64,000 nucleotides of DNA from Synechococcales cyanobacterium VAR_4_metabat_354 (GCA_031414775.1 JANOQI010000041.1:1-64000), one strand, 5' to 3'; positions 9,710 through 20,445 are shown, counted from the stretch's first letter. The notes: generated by a model not told the origin, from the sequence alone. Numbers and translations: made by a program.

Positions 9710-10687
9710 ATGCAGCTTTTTATCGACACCAATATTCTCTTGTCTTTCTATGCATTTAACCAGGAAGACTTAGAGGAGCTAGGCAAGCTGGCCGATCTGG
9801 TAGCTGCTGGTGAAGTGACTTTACTAATTACCGATCAAATTCTGGATGAATTTTATCGCAACCGAGAACGGCGCATCGAAGGAGCGCTGAAATCTTTCTA
9901 CAGTCAAACTTTCAATCCTCAGCTACCTCAGATTTGCGCGGACTATCCGGAGGTCGAACAGCTGCTCACTACTCTGAAAGAATATGAAAAAGTCCACAGC
10001 GCCATCGTTGCCAAAATTTCGATCGATATCAAAGCTAAAAACCTCCAAGCCGATCGGATGCTACGCAGCTTGTTTGAAAAAGGGACGAAGCTGGTGATCG
10101 ATGCAGCGGTGATCGATCGAGCCAGACTGCGGATGAGTGTGGGTAATCCGCCAGGCAAGAATAATTCCTTGGGCGACGCGATTAACTGGGAATGCTTGCT
10201 GACAGAGGTACCCGATGGTACCGATCTGTTCTTGATTAGCGGTGATAAAGATTATAGTTCGGTCTTTAGTGAAGACGATTTGAGCGATTTTTTGCGCGAT
10301 GATTGGGAACGGCGCAAACAATCTACCATTTACTTCTATCGCCGCCTCTCCGGTTTTTGCAAGGAGCAGCTGCCCACCATTGGCATGGCCAATCTCCGGG
10401 ATCGAGATTTTTTAGTGCGGGAGTTGGCCAGTAGTCAATCTTTAGCCGATGTTCACAAATATATCGGCAAACTCCGCACCTATCCCGAGTTTACCGCTCC
10501 TCAAGTCAACGGTATGGTAATGGCTGTCTTGCATAATCAGCGCGTGGCTTGGGCGATCGAAGAAGATGACATCCACAGCTTTTGGCAAGATTTGATAAAT
10601 CGGTATGAGCGCTATCTCGACCCGGCAGCACTCGATCGATTGAAACTGCTGTTGGCTCCACCAGACCCGGGGAACGTTACTTTTTAA
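9710..10687 (+). CDS. PIN-domain protein (DUF4935/PIN_12-like)
   Basis: N-terminal FIDTNILL, DEF.RNR, PPGK...GDAINWE, ISGDKDY acidic PIN residues. Confidence 0.75.
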   Translation: MQLFIDTNILLSFYAFNQEDLEELGKLADLVAAGEVTLLITDQILDEFYRNRERRIEGALKSFYSQTFNPQLPQICADYPEVEQLLTTLKEYEKVHSAIVAKISIDIKAKNLQADRMLRSLFEKGTKLVIDAAVIDRARLRMSVGNPPGKNNSLGDAINWECLLTEVPDGTDLFLISGDKDYSSVFSEDDLSDFLRDDWERRKQSTIYFYRRLSGFCKEQLPTIGMANLRDRDFLVRELASSQSLADVHKYIGKLRTYPEFTAPQVNGMVMAVLHNQRVAWAIEEDDIHSFWQDLINRYERYLDPAALDRLKLLLAPPDPGNVTF

Positions 10688-10861
10688 TGTTGAGTGGGAG
10701 CAGTAGATATAATATGAATAACATCCAGTTCTTGTGCAGACCGCTCCCAAATAATAGACAGAGCCATAGAGTCGCTAACTGTCCAACAGCTAACTTCTGG
10801 GAATGAACTATAGTCAGCACATATTTCCTAGCATTTAATATCAAGCGAGAGATTTTAATCC

Positions 10862-11278
10862 ATGACTCTAACCTCTATTTTGGTGGCAGTCGATGAAACC
10901 CCCTATTCGGCTCAAGTCATTGCTGCAATTGAGTCTCTACAGTTAGTTCCTACTGCTAAGATTGTGCTGTGTCACATCATTCCGACTAAGCAGGTAGAGT
11001 TGTCTGCCGATCTCCCCCACCGAGTTGGCTCCGATTATCCAGAGGTGATCCAGCAGCTCCAGAGCTATCAAGAGCACCTGAATTACCACAGTGAGTTGGA
11101 AATAGTGACTGGCGAGCCAGCGACCGAAATTGTCCGCTTGGCAAATATTCATCACTGCCAACTAATTTTGATTGGTAGTCGTGGCCTGATGGGGATCGAT
11201 CGGATCATTCAACGCTCGGTTAGTAGTCAAGTGGTTGAAGAAGCAACTTGTTCGGTGTTGGTCGTCAAAACCAATTAG
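10862..11278 (+). CDS. Universal stress protein
   Basis: ILVAVD..., G.PA.EIVRLA....LI.IGSRG......SVS..VV..A.CSVLVVK. Confidence 0.9.
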   Translation: MTLTSILVAVDETPYSAQVIAAIESLQLVPTAKIVLCHIIPTKQVELSADLPHRVGSDYPEVIQQLQSYQEHLNYHSELEIVTGEPATEIVRLANIHHCQLILIGSRGLMGIDRIIQRSVSSQVVEEATCSVLVVKTN

Positions 11279-11682
11279 CACCCGCCATTGGTGCGATTAC
11301 GACCAAAATCTAGCTAGCCAATAGATTAAATAATATATTTCTAACGCCTATAACGCTTGATAGACAAAGCTTATAGCTCAATCAATTTGATTAAGTCTAA
11401 TTACTCATTAAACTGTTGAATTTGATATTATTGGAGATGTTTGGAGAGGTCTAGGGGCAAATATGCAGAGAAAAATAACAAAGAAAGTATGAAAATCAAC
11501 ATAATTTAAGAATTTAAGTCTTCCAAAATATGCTTTCACCTATTAGAATAAGTCAGTGCAAATCTCGTTGAATCAAAGCTTCGGGGATTCTTCAGGTAGA
11601 AATCCTGACCGTACCTCCTCCGTATCTAGATTAATCATTGAGAAGCTCAACCCAATTTCCTTAGAACTAATGGAGACATTCA

Positions 11683-12009
11683 ATGAATAAAGGTGAATTA
11701 GTCGATCAGGTTGCTGATAAAGCTGCAGTTACTAAAAAGCAAGCAGACACCGTTCTCTCTGCTGCCTTGGAAGTGATTATGGAAGCCGTATCCAATGGTG
11801 ATAAGGTCACCTTGGTGGGCTTTGGTTCGTTTGAACCTAGACAGCGCCAGAAGCGTGAAGGTCGTAACCCCCGCACTGGTGAAAAGATGGAAATCCCCGC
11901 TACTAAGGTACCGGCGTTCTCGGCAGGTAAATTGTTTAAAGACAAAGTATCTGATTCTAAGGCAGCTCCGGTAGCAGCTAAAACTGCGACAGCAGCCAAG
12001 AAAAAGTAG
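11683..12009 (+). CDS. hup: HU family DNA-binding protein with Ala/Lys-rich tail
   Basis: MNKGELV, LVGFGSFE.R.R..REGRNP.TGE.M.IPA..VPAFSAGK. Confidence 0.96.
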   Translation: MNKGELVDQVADKAAVTKKQADTVLSAALEVIMEAVSNGDKVTLVGFGSFEPRQRQKREGRNPRTGEKMEIPATKVPAFSAGKLFKDKVSDSKAAPVAAKTATAAKKK

Positions 12010-12014
12010 GCTGA

Positions 12015-13082
12015 TTGAAACAATCCCCAACTCACGGTGGAAATCTGGCCTGGGCAGCTGCAATTGCTAGCTGCTCAGCTGATCGCATTTTGGATTTCTC
12101 CGCTAGCATTAATCCCCTGGGTCCCTCCCCGGGGGTGATTACCGCCATTGGTCAACACTTATCCAAAATTGACCAGTATCCTATTCCGGGCTACCAAGAA
12201 CTCTGCCAAGCGTTGGCTCAGCACCACCACATTGATCGCGATTGGATTTTGCCGGGTAATGGAGCTGCTGAATTATTGACCTGGGCTGGCCGGGAATTGG
12301 CTAATCAGACCCAGACGATACTGCTTACTCCAGCTTTTAATGACTATGCTCGGGCACTGACGGCCTTTGGCGCTCATATCGACAGGTATCCCTTCATTGA
12401 TGCCCAAGGACAGCTCCAAGATTTAGAACAAGTGCTGGCTAAGGCTCCAGCGACCGCTGGACTACTCATTAACAATCCCCATAACCCGACCGGCCAGTTA
12501 TTTGACAAACAGCTGCTAATGAGCTGCTTAAAGAAATTTGCCCTCGTCGTAGTCGATGAGTCTTTTATTGATTTTGTGCCGCCAGAGCAAAGTTTGGTGG
12601 ATGTAGTCACAAAATATCCCAATCTGATTATCATTCGCTCTTTGACCAAGTTTTACAGTTTACCGGGGCTGCGAGTCGGCTATTGCATTAGCCATCCTGA
12701 TCGGTTGCGGCAGTGGCAAGCTTGGCGCGATCCTTGGCCAGTTAATCATTTGGCAGAAGTCGCTGCCATAGCGGCTCTTGCTGATCAAGATTTTGTCGAT
12801 CGAACTTGGCAGTGGTACAACATTGCTCAGCCGGAGATGTTTACCAGTCTGCAAGCTATTTCTGGTCTCCAGGTTTACCCCAGTGCCGCTAACTTTTTTC
12901 TATTACGAGCCAATCGGCCAGTTCCTGATCTCCAGCGGCAGTTGTTACAAAAGTTCCAGATTTTAATCCGAGACTGTCTAAGCTTTCCCGAACTGGGAGC
13001 CAATTATGGGCGGGTGGCGGTGAAGTCGATCGCTGATAATCAAAAATTGTTGCTAGCTCTAGCGCAAATTTTCAACCCGTGA
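12015..13082 (+). CDS. cobD: L-threonine-O-3-phosphate decarboxylase
   Basis: HGGN, DFSASINPLG, NNPHNPTG, DESFIDF, RSLTKFYSLPGLRVGY (PLP lysine). Confidence 0.88.
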   Translation: MKQSPTHGGNLAWAAAIASCSADRILDFSASINPLGPSPGVITAIGQHLSKIDQYPIPGYQELCQALAQHHHIDRDWILPGNGAAELLTWAGRELANQTQTILLTPAFNDYARALTAFGAHIDRYPFIDAQGQLQDLEQVLAKAPATAGLLINNPHNPTGQLFDKQLLMSCLKKFALVVVDESFIDFVPPEQSLVDVVTKYPNLIIIRSLTKFYSLPGLRVGYCISHPDRLRQWQAWRDPWPVNHLAEVAAIAALADQDFVDRTWQWYNIAQPEMFTSLQAISGLQVYPSAANFFLLRANRPVPDLQRQLLQKFQILIRDCLSFPELGANYGRVAVKSIADNQKLLLALAQIFNP

Positions 13083-13948
13083 CTAATTTTGACCCACAGC
13101 CCACTGATGATGGCTCTTTCACATTTTTTTCTGAAGAATTTGGCCAAAATTTTCATAGTAGCTATGGTGCTCGGTCAGAAGCATTCTACAAATATGTAGC
13201 AGCTACCCAGCTGACCGAGCGCGCCCTGCGCCCTAGTTTGAAGATTCTTGATATCTGCTACGGTTTGGGCTACAACAGCGCCGCTGCGCTGGCCGAGATC
13301 TGGCGAGTCAATCCAGCTTGCCAAGTAGAAATAGTCGCCTTAGAAATCAGCCCGCAGGTGCCTCAAGATGCCGTTGCTCACGGGTTACTAGCCCAATGGC
13401 CAGAGCCCATTCCGTCCTTATTGGCAGAGCTGGCCACTAGGGGCAGGACCCAGCGCGATCAACTAACGGCCAGATTGGAGTGGGGCGATGCTCGTCACCG
13501 TATCCCATCAGTCAGAGACCGAGGATTTTTAGCCGATGCAATTTTTCTCGATCCTTTTTCGCCCCAGGCTTGCCCGCAGCTATGGACAGTGGAGTTCCTG
13601 AGCATCGTTGCGGCCTGCTGTGCCCCAGATGGTCTCTTAGCTACGTATTCTTGTGCTGCTGCTGTTCGTACCGCTTTACGTACGGCGGGTCTAGCAATTG
13701 CTGATATGCCCGCCGTGGGGCGGAAAGCACCGGGCACGGTAGCTAGCTGGAACCAGCAATTGCTCCCGGCTCTATCGATGATGGCTGAAGAACATCTTTT
13801 AACTAGAGCCGCTGTACCCTACCGCGATCCAGCGCTCCAAGATACGATGCCTCAAATTATGGTTCGTCGGGAAATGGAACAGGTGGACTGCCTGCTAGAA
13901 TCGACAGCTCAATGGAAAAAACGCTGGTTTCGTCATATTGGAGTTTAG
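13079..13948 (+). CDS. MnmC/MnmD-like SAM-dependent tRNA methyltransferase
   Basis: T.DGSFTFFS.EF...FHS..GA, LDICYGLGYN, DAIFLDPFSP..CP.LWT, LATYSCA. Confidence 0.8.
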   Translation: MTNFDPQPTDDGSFTFFSEEFGQNFHSSYGARSEAFYKYVAATQLTERALRPSLKILDICYGLGYNSAAALAEIWRVNPACQVEIVALEISPQVPQDAVAHGLLAQWPEPIPSLLAELATRGRTQRDQLTARLEWGDARHRIPSVRDRGFLADAIFLDPFSPQACPQLWTVEFLSIVAACCAPDGLLATYSCAAAVRTALRTAGLAIADMPAVGRKAPGTVASWNQQLLPALSMMAEEHLLTRAAVPYRDPALQDTMPQIMVRREMEQVDCLLESTAQWKKRWFRHIGV

Positions 13949-13982
13949 TTTGCTATTACAGATTTGCTGTCACCCAAAAAAC

Positions 13983-14219
13983 TTATTCACATCTCCAACG
14001 CCAATTAATAAAATCAGGCTTTTTATAAGTTTTGGGAACAACTGTTTTTCTATAAGCCACGCCTCGTGACATTAATTGTATAATTTCTCCTTCCTCATTA
14101 AATTCTCTACTTGGGGGATTGGGATCTCTGTAATACCTCTGGCCTCGGGACATCAGCTCTATCTTGAGCGTCATTTCAAGCTGTTCTCTAGTATTAGTTT
14201 CTGATAAAATGCTACTCAT
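13983..14219 (-). CDS. Small DUF4278-like protein
   Basis: Two internal copies of an L.(Y/S)RG..Y motif (LMSRGQRY, LMSRGVAY) and a C-terminal INWRW. Confidence 0.55.
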   Translation of the reverse strand: MSSILSETNTREQLEMTLKIELMSRGQRYYRDPNPPSREFNEEGEIIQLMSRGVAYRKTVVPKTYKKPDFINWRWRCE

Positions 14220-14437
14220 ATTTGTAATTTTGATTACTACAATCTGTTCTTTGACACAAAGTTTACAAATAAATCTTACGGCTAAAAAATTTTGTTGTCA
14301 GTGAGAAAAAGTAAGATAAAAGTAAGATCTGGAGCCTAACTAATTTTTACTCGGTAATATTTAGTGAGATTTTCTTAAAAACCTTCGTTCGACTTTATCC
14401 ATCTCCTAAAATTTCTTGCTTAAACTTAAACCATGCA

Positions 14438-14471
14438 AAAAACCCAGTTCAATTAATTGAACTGGGTTTTT
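14438..14471. terminator. Perfect 34-bp palindrome just downstream of tRNA-Ser (probable terminator)
   Basis: AAAAACCCAGTTCAATT|AATTGAACTGGGTTTTT; U-tract available on both strands. Confidence 0.75.
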
Positions 14472-14478
14472 GGGGGTA

Positions 14479-14565
14479 CGGAGAAGGAGGGATTCGAACC
14501 CTCGTTAAAGTTACCCCTAAACAGCATTTCCAGTGCTGCGCCTTCAACCGCTCGGCCACTTCTCC
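14479..14565 (-). tRNA. tRNA-Ser(GGA)
   Basis: Reverse complement GGAGAAGTGGCCGAGCGGTTGAAGGCGCAGCACTGGAAATGCTG...GAGGGTTCGAATCCCTCCTTCTCCG: acceptor stem, anticodon arm CAGCA-CTGGAAA-TGCTG, long variable arm, T-loop GTTCGAATC; CCA not encoded. Confidence 0.97.
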
Positions 14566-14638
14566 AAGTGAAGCTTAATTAGAGTATCTTATGTTTTGGT
14601 GCGGTGTCAATTAATTGGTGAAATACGGTAGCTATTCT

Positions 14639-16072
14639 CTATTGATTTGCCTGGCGAGCGGCTAGCTCTAACAAAATCTGTTGGTGCCGTTCCTTGGTAA
14701 TTGGGTAAAAGTAAGCGCAGGCCAAACCCCCGATTAAAGACAACGTAGGAATTGGTCCGATCGACCAACGAATTGCATCCAAGACCGCTGGTAGCTGATC
14801 TGGGGTCACTCCATCCACTGGTGGGCGATAACCTGTCCATTCCAAACTTTGCATCACAGTGGCTACTGCTATACCTAAACAGATTTTTTGCAAGAAAACC
14901 ATAAAGCTATAAAAGATCCCTTCCCGGCGCTGACCAGTATTCAGTTCATCTAGCTCAATCACATCTGGCAACATCGACCAGGGAATCAGATAGGCCGTGG
15001 AAACCCCGCAACCGGCCATAATTCCTAGCATATACATCCAAACAACTTGACCGGGCTGGAGCATAAACAAACCAATTTGAGCAATGATCCACAGGCTGGT
15101 GCCCATAAAATAAACTACTTTTTTGCCGAATTTTTGGCTGAGAATATTCCAGACCGATAGCATGGCCAAAGCCGTCCCCTGTACTGACAACATCACCAAT
15201 GGTGAATCTTTCTGGGGAAGATGCATCCAATTCACCACAAAGTAGGGAATGACGGCGGCGGTGAGCTGAAGGCTAAACCAAGAACAGAGATAAATTCCGA
15301 CTACATATAAGAAAGGTCGATTGGCTAAAGTTAACTTGATTTGCTGCCAAATCGGCATCGTGACTGGCTCTTTCTCGGCGGGGTGATCAATGGCCACTTG
15401 TTCGGCATGACGGCGAGTGCCAAAAACAGACCAAAACAGTGGCAATACCGTAATGGCTGCACAAATTCCGCCGATAGTTAAATATTGCTGCCCAGGAGCT
15501 GCATCCGACTGAAAGACTGCTCTGGCAATCAGCAGCGCCAGAATACTACCGCCGATCGAGAAGCTGAAACGGAAGGTGTTGAGGCTAGTGCGCTCGTTAT
15601 AATCTTGGGTTAACTCTGCCGTCAGAGCAGTATAGGGCAAATTAACAACGGTAAAAAAAGTATTGAATAGAATCGAGATGAAGGTGTAAAAGGCAAACAA
15701 CTCCCACTGTCGATCGCTAGCAAACGGCACAATCCACTGCAAGAAAAAGAAAATCCCGAAGGGAATTGCTCCCACTAGCATCCAGGGATAACGCCTGCCC
15801 CATTTTTTCCGAATCTTGTCCCCAAATAGATCACCTCGATCGCTCATCGTACCCACAATCGGATCGTTGATGGCATCCCAGATTTTACCCACCAGCTGAC
15901 TTTGGCCTGCTAGAGCCGGAGATAGATGCGCGACATCCGTGAGGAACGGTGAAAGGTAAGACAGCAAGATCATGGCAGTGATGGCGGTGCCGGTATCCCC
16001 AGCGCCGTAGGCCATCTTGGTGCCCAGAGTCATTTTGGACGGAATCGGAGTTGGTGTTGATGCTGGCGACAT
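14639..16072 (-). CDS. MFS transporter, GPH (glycoside-pentoside-hexuronide:cation symporter) family
   Basis: K.AYG.GD.G, WDAINDP.VG..SDR, GRR.PW, PY.AL..ELT.DY.ERT, PDVIE.DE..TG.RREG. Confidence 0.9.
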   Translation of the reverse strand: MSPASTPTPIPSKMTLGTKMAYGAGDTGTAITAMILLSYLSPFLTDVAHLSPALAGQSQLVGKIWDAINDPIVGTMSDRGDLFGDKIRKKWGRRYPWMLVGAIPFGIFFFLQWIVPFASDRQWELFAFYTFISILFNTFFTVVNLPYTALTAELTQDYNERTSLNTFRFSFSIGGSILALLIARAVFQSDAAPGQQYLTIGGICAAITVLPLFWSVFGTRRHAEQVAIDHPAEKEPVTMPIWQQIKLTLANRPFLYVVGIYLCSWFSLQLTAAVIPYFVVNWMHLPQKDSPLVMLSVQGTALAMLSVWNILSQKFGKKVVYFMGTSLWIIAQIGLFMLQPGQVVWMYMLGIMAGCGVSTAYLIPWSMLPDVIELDELNTGQRREGIFYSFMVFLQKICLGIAVATVMQSLEWTGYRPPVDGVTPDQLPAVLDAIRWSIGPIPTLSLIGGLACAYFYPITKERHQQILLELAARQANQ

Positions 16073-16128
16073 AGGATCAAAGTATCGGGTTATTAATCCT
16101 AATTATGCGTCTAACGCTTGACCATAAT

Positions 16129-17526
16129 TTATTTACCGATACAAAACCGACTAAAAATTCGCTCCAATACCGATTCAACTAGTTCCTCACCCGTCACTTC
16201 ACCCAGTGCCTGGATAGCAGTACGTAAGTCGATCGTCCAAAAATCCCAGGGTAAATCGTTAGCGATCGCCTCTTGCACTTGAGTTAAGGCTACTTGGGCG
16301 CGGGTCAATACCTCGGCCTGTCGCTGGTTAATGGCTAAATCTAGATTAGCAGCTTGCAATTCACCGGTTTGGACAATTGATAGGATGGCTGCTTCTAATC
16401 GATCGATCCCCGCCGCCTGCACAGCAGCGGTTGTTACTAGACCTTGGGATTGCACATGTGCCGGGATTTGGGGCGCTGTCGCCACCAAATCAATCTTGTT
16501 GATCACCAAAATAATTGGTTTGCCAGTCACTTGTTGGTAAATATTTTCCTCTGCTGCTGTCCAACCCTGCTGGGCATCGATCGTGAGTAGCACCAAATCA
16601 GCTTGCTGGGCGGCAGTCTTGGAGCGCGCTACCCCAATCTGTTCCACCACATCGGTGGTTTCTCTAATACCAGCGGTGTCTAGTACCTGGATGGGAATGC
16701 CCCCGACTACCAGATTAGATTCCACTACATCTCTAGTGGTGCCGGGTAAGTCCGTGACGATCGCTCGATCAGACTGGCTCCAAGCATTCAATAAGCTAGA
16801 TTTACCGACATTAGGATGACCAACGATTGCCACCTTTAGACCCATCCGCAACAATTCGCCTCGATCCGTGGTAGCCACAATGGCGGCGACTCGCTGCTCT
16901 AATGCCTGAATTTGCTGAATAACAGTGGCGACATCCAAGGGCGGTAAATCATCGGCAAAATCAATTCGAGCTTCAATTTCTGCCAAGATATCCAAAGCCT
17001 GTTGACGAATTTGCTGAATAGGGAGCCGCAGCTTGCCTTGCAGTCCGGCCAGTGCCGCTTGCGCTGCTGCTGGCGATTTGGCACCCACTAAATCGGCAAT
17101 ACTTTCAGCCTGGGTCAAGTCAATCCGACCATTGAGAAAAGCGCGGAGGGTAAATTCACCGGGCTGCGCCAGTTTGGCTCCAGCTTCGATACAAAGTTGC
17201 AAAACTTGCTGCACCGGCATCATCCCGCCATGACAATGGAACTCTACAACATCTTCACGGGTGTAGGAACGGGGCGCTTGCATGATTAGCAGTAGGGCTT
17301 CATCGATGATCGATCTAGTTTGGGGATGACGCACGTAGCCATACAGAATCCGATGGCTCTCCCAAATTTGCTGACCAGGTGCCTCAAAAAGTTGGTGAGC
17401 AATTTTGATCGCCGTTGCCCCCGAGAGGCGAATAATGCCGACACTGCCCTGTTGGGGCACAATGGCAGTCGCGATCGCGGCGATGGTGGCTTGTTGTTGA
17501 TTCATGCTTGTATTATCCATCACCAC
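16129..17526 (-). CDS. mnmE: tRNA modification GTPase MnmE (TrmE)
   Basis: [46 protein letters not shown]-terminal FCIGK. Confidence 0.97.
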   Translation of the reverse strand: MVMDNTSMNQQQATIAAIATAIVPQQGSVGIIRLSGATAIKIAHQLFEAPGQQIWESHRILYGYVRHPQTRSIIDEALLLIMQAPRSYTREDVVEFHCHGGMMPVQQVLQLCIEAGAKLAQPGEFTLRAFLNGRIDLTQAESIADLVGAKSPAAAQAALAGLQGKLRLPIQQIRQQALDILAEIEARIDFADDLPPLDVATVIQQIQALEQRVAAIVATTDRGELLRMGLKVAIVGHPNVGKSSLLNAWSQSDRAIVTDLPGTTRDVVESNLVVGGIPIQVLDTAGIRETTDVVEQIGVARSKTAAQQADLVLLTIDAQQGWTAAEENIYQQVTGKPIILVINKIDLVATAPQIPAHVQSQGLVTTAAVQAAGIDRLEAAILSIVQTGELQAANLDLAINQRQAEVLTRAQVALTQVQEAIANDLPWDFWTIDLRTAIQALGEVTGEELVESVLERIFSRFCIGK

Positions 17527-17534
17527 CTAAAAAC

Positions 17535-17576
17535 TAATCGACGATCCGATTAAGTGTTCGATCGGATCGTCGATTA
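17535..17576. terminator. 16-bp perfect inverted repeat between the ABC operon and mnmE
   Basis: TAATCGACGATCCGAT-N10-ATCGGATCGTCGATTA. Confidence 0.6.
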
Positions 17577-17621
17577 ATTATTCTGATTACTCGCTGCTAG
17601 TTGTGGGCTTTAAAAATACCC

Positions 17622-18641
17622 CTAGAGAGCTTTCACAAAAGAGCTATCCACTAAGTCCTTACCCGCTAGCACCTTAGTTATTTTACCTGCTTTGACAAGC
17701 AGTGGTGCTGCCGAGTTAATACTGTTAATGGCATTGAGCGGATTTTTCTCATCGAAAACGATCGACTTATTCGCAGCCAGATTCATGATGCGCACCAGCG
17801 GAATTTGTGCTGATACTTCTTCCGGGGCAGCTGATGTCCATTTAGCCAATAACGCATTGGCCTCTTGGGGATTGGCTTCAGCAAATTTCATGCCCTTTTC
17901 AATAGCTCGCAAGTAAGCCATAATGTCTCCCTTGCGGCTTTGCAGTACCGAGCTTTCGGCGGCTAAACCGTTGGCGATAGTATTACTTCCTTTGGCTGTA
18001 TAGAGAACTTTGGATCCTGGTCTGCCCTTCAAAGCTTTAGTGATGAAAGGTTCATAGATAGTGGCTGCATCCACTTTACCCGCCACAAAAGCCGCATGGG
18101 CATCCGCAACTGCTAAGGATTCGATTTTTACATCCTTCTCCGTTAACCCGACCGATGCCAAATACTTATTGGTAAATACCACTTCATAAGGAACATCTTC
18201 CCGTGCTAACTTCTTGCCCTTCAGATCAGCTGGTGAATTGATCCCATTCCCAACGATTGCATCCACATCACCCGAGTAGTCCGAAGCATAAATAAACTTG
18301 AGATCTGGAGCTTTGGCGGCTAGTACCAGCAAATCTAAAGCCACCAACCAAGACATATCTATTTTCTTGGATAATAGCGCCGTGTTCACTTCCGTAACAC
18401 TTTGGAAGGCTATGTGTTGAACTTCAATTCCTTCTTCTTTAAAAAATCCTTTGACTTCGGCCAAATGGGCACTGCCCCAACCAATCCAAGGAATCAGGGC
18501 AATTCGCAAGGGGGCTTTAGCGGCAGAAGTTTTAGCCGCATCTTTTGGTGCTGTCTGTTGGCCACAGCTCCCCAAAATTGATGTAGAAACTGCACCCATT
18601 GTTAATAAGGCAGAAGAACGGAGAATATCTCTTCGACGCAT
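17622..18641 (-). CDS. ABC transporter substrate-binding lipoprotein (SsuA/THI5/NitT-TauT type)
   Basis: Tat-like MRRRDIL and lipobox LGSC; PW.GW, KGFF.EEG, DLKGKK, GKVDAA..YEP. Confidence 0.85.
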   Translation of the reverse strand: MRRRDILRSSALLTMGAVSTSILGSCGQQTAPKDAAKTSAAKAPLRIALIPWIGWGSAHLAEVKGFFKEEGIEVQHIAFQSVTEVNTALLSKKIDMSWLVALDLLVLAAKAPDLKFIYASDYSGDVDAIVGNGINSPADLKGKKLAREDVPYEVVFTNKYLASVGLTEKDVKIESLAVADAHAAFVAGKVDAATIYEPFITKALKGRPGSKVLYTAKGSNTIANGLAAESSVLQSRKGDIMAYLRAIEKGMKFAEANPQEANALLAKWTSAAPEEVSAQIPLVRIMNLAANKSIVFDEKNPLNAINSINSAAPLLVKAGKITKVLAGKDLVDSSFVKAL

Positions 18642-18707
18642 AGTTTTTACTTTTTGATGTTTAGAACAAGTGAGATTAGCTATCGAAAAACTGGTTTTCT
18701 AGCAAGT

Positions 18708-19553
18708 TCAGGCTTTATTATGATCTGCCCAGGGTGTTAGCACAATGGCCAATCGATGGAATATGTAGTCAGTGACCAATCCAATCAGCCCGATCAGGAC
18801 AATACAAAACAATACTTTATCGGTGTTGAGATATCGTTGAGACTGAATAATCCGAAATCCTAAACCTGATTGAGCCGCAATTAACTCGGCAAACACCAAA
18901 AAATTCCAAGCACCAGCAATATTCACTCGCAATGTATCTAAAATGCTCGGCAAAGATGCTGGTAAAATCACCTTCCATAAAATTTCGCGGCGATTGGCAC
19001 CCAGCGTATAAGCCGCATTTAGTAAATCATCGCTAATAAACTTCACCGCATCGGCAATCATGATCGTATTGTAAAGAACAATCCCCAGAAAAATCATGAT
19101 AATTTTAGCGTTTTCTTCCAGCCCGACCCAGATCATGACTAGGGGCACAAAAGCGTTCACCGGCATGTAGCGAACTGTGCCCACCAAAGGTTTGAATAAG
19201 CTATCAATACTCTGAAAGGTACCAGTCGCCAGACCCAAAGGGATGCCGATGATGGCAGCTGCTAAAAATCCGCCCAGGACTCGGCCAGTGCTGATCAAAA
19301 CGTCTGGTAGCAAGGTTCCTTCCTGCCACATTTTCCAGCCAGCGGCTAAAACCGCAGTGGGGGAAGGCAAGAAAGTAGCTGATGTAAAACCGCCATAGCT
19401 CAGAATTGACCAAAGTAAAAGCGGTACAGTCAATCCAATAATCGGCATTAAAATTTTGAGCCGGGGAGGAATCTCTTGCCGAATACTCCAAAATGGCGAA
19501 GGCTGAAGATGTTTGCGACGAGAACCAACGGACTGAGATGAAGAGCCTGTCAT
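18708..19553 (-). CDS. ABC transporter permease (NitT/TauT family)
   Basis: FLPSP..V, S..RV..GF, AAYTLGA.R (EAA loop), AELIAA.SGLG. Confidence 0.9.
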   Translation of the reverse strand: MTGSSSQSVGSRRKHLQPSPFWSIRQEIPPRLKILMPIIGLTVPLLLWSILSYGGFTSATFLPSPTAVLAAGWKMWQEGTLLPDVLISTGRVLGGFLAAAIIGIPLGLATGTFQSIDSLFKPLVGTVRYMPVNAFVPLVMIWVGLEENAKIIMIFLGIVLYNTIMIADAVKFISDDLLNAAYTLGANRREILWKVILPASLPSILDTLRVNIAGAWNFLVFAELIAAQSGLGFRIIQSQRYLNTDKVLFCIVLIGLIGLVTDYIFHRLAIVLTPWADHNKA

Positions 19554-19629
19554 AATTACGCTGTTTTTAATGGTGACTAACTGCTGAGTTGGTTGCTAGG
19601 AATGTGTAGACCATCCTGACATCTATTTT

Positions 19630-20445
19630 TTAATGTCCTAAGGAATGGACAACTTTTCTTTTAATCTGAATAAACTGTGGTTCTAATTTAAGTTCTAGCT
19701 CGCGCTGATCGGGCAGATCAACTTGAATTTCGTCTTTAATACAGCCGGGGTGAGTGCCCATTACATAGATACGCTGTGCTAAGAAGATGGCTTCTTCCAC
19801 ATCGTGAGTCACCATCAAAATTGTAGTTTGGGTGCGTTCCCATAGCTCCTGCATAAATTTTTGCATTTGTTCTTTGGTTTGGGCATCTAGGGCGCCAAAG
19901 GGTTCATCCATCAGCAGCACTGCCGGTTTATTGGCCAGGGCACGGGCGATCGCTACCCGTTGCTTCATGCCTCCAGAAAGTTGTTTGGGATAAGCATCGG
20001 CAAACTTAGTCAGCCCGACAACTTCGAGGTAATAGGCAACCTGCTGCTGGCGATCGGACTTCGATAGACCTTTTAATTCCAAGCCAAAGCTAATGTTATC
20101 GGCGACTGTTCGCCAGGGAAAGAGGGTGTAGTTTTGAAAGACCATCCCTCGATCGGCACCAGGACCTAAGACCAGTTCATCTTCTAGCAATATTTGTCCG
20201 GCGGAAGGTTGTTCTAAGCCAGCAATAATTTTTAGCAAGGTGGACTTGCCACATCCGGAGGCACCGACTAAACAGACAAACTCATTAGCATAGAGATGAA
20301 TGTTGATGTTATCTAATACTTTCAGTTTTTTATTACCGGTGAAGGCAAAAGTTTTGTCCAGGTGGCTTACGCGCAGTTGGCAGTGCTGGGTAACTTTATC
20401 AGCCTCTGGATTATTACCAGACAGAGGGAAGCTCTGATCAAACAT
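19630..20445 (-). CDS. ABC transporter ATP-binding protein (NitT/TauT family)
   Basis: GASGCGKST, LSGGMKQR, LLMDEPFGALD, VTHD. Confidence 0.93.
   Translation of the reverse strand: MFDQSFPLSGNNPEADKVTQHCQLRVSHLDKTFAFTGNKKLKVLDNINIHLYANEFVCLVGASGCGKSTLLKIIAGLEQPSAGQILLEDELVLGPGADRGMVFQNYTLFPWRTVADNISFGLELKGLSKSDRQQQVAYYLEVVGLTKFADAYPKQLSGGMKQRVAIARALANKPAVLLMDEPFGALDAQTKEQMQKFMQELWERTQTTILMVTHDVEEAIFLAQRIYVMGTHPGCIKDEIQVDLPDQRELELKLEPQFIQIKRKVVHSLGH

Noticed and set aside
14479..14565. tRNA-Ser as an island integration site
   Set aside because: No integrase nearby and no duplicate of the tRNA 3' end noticed in the window.
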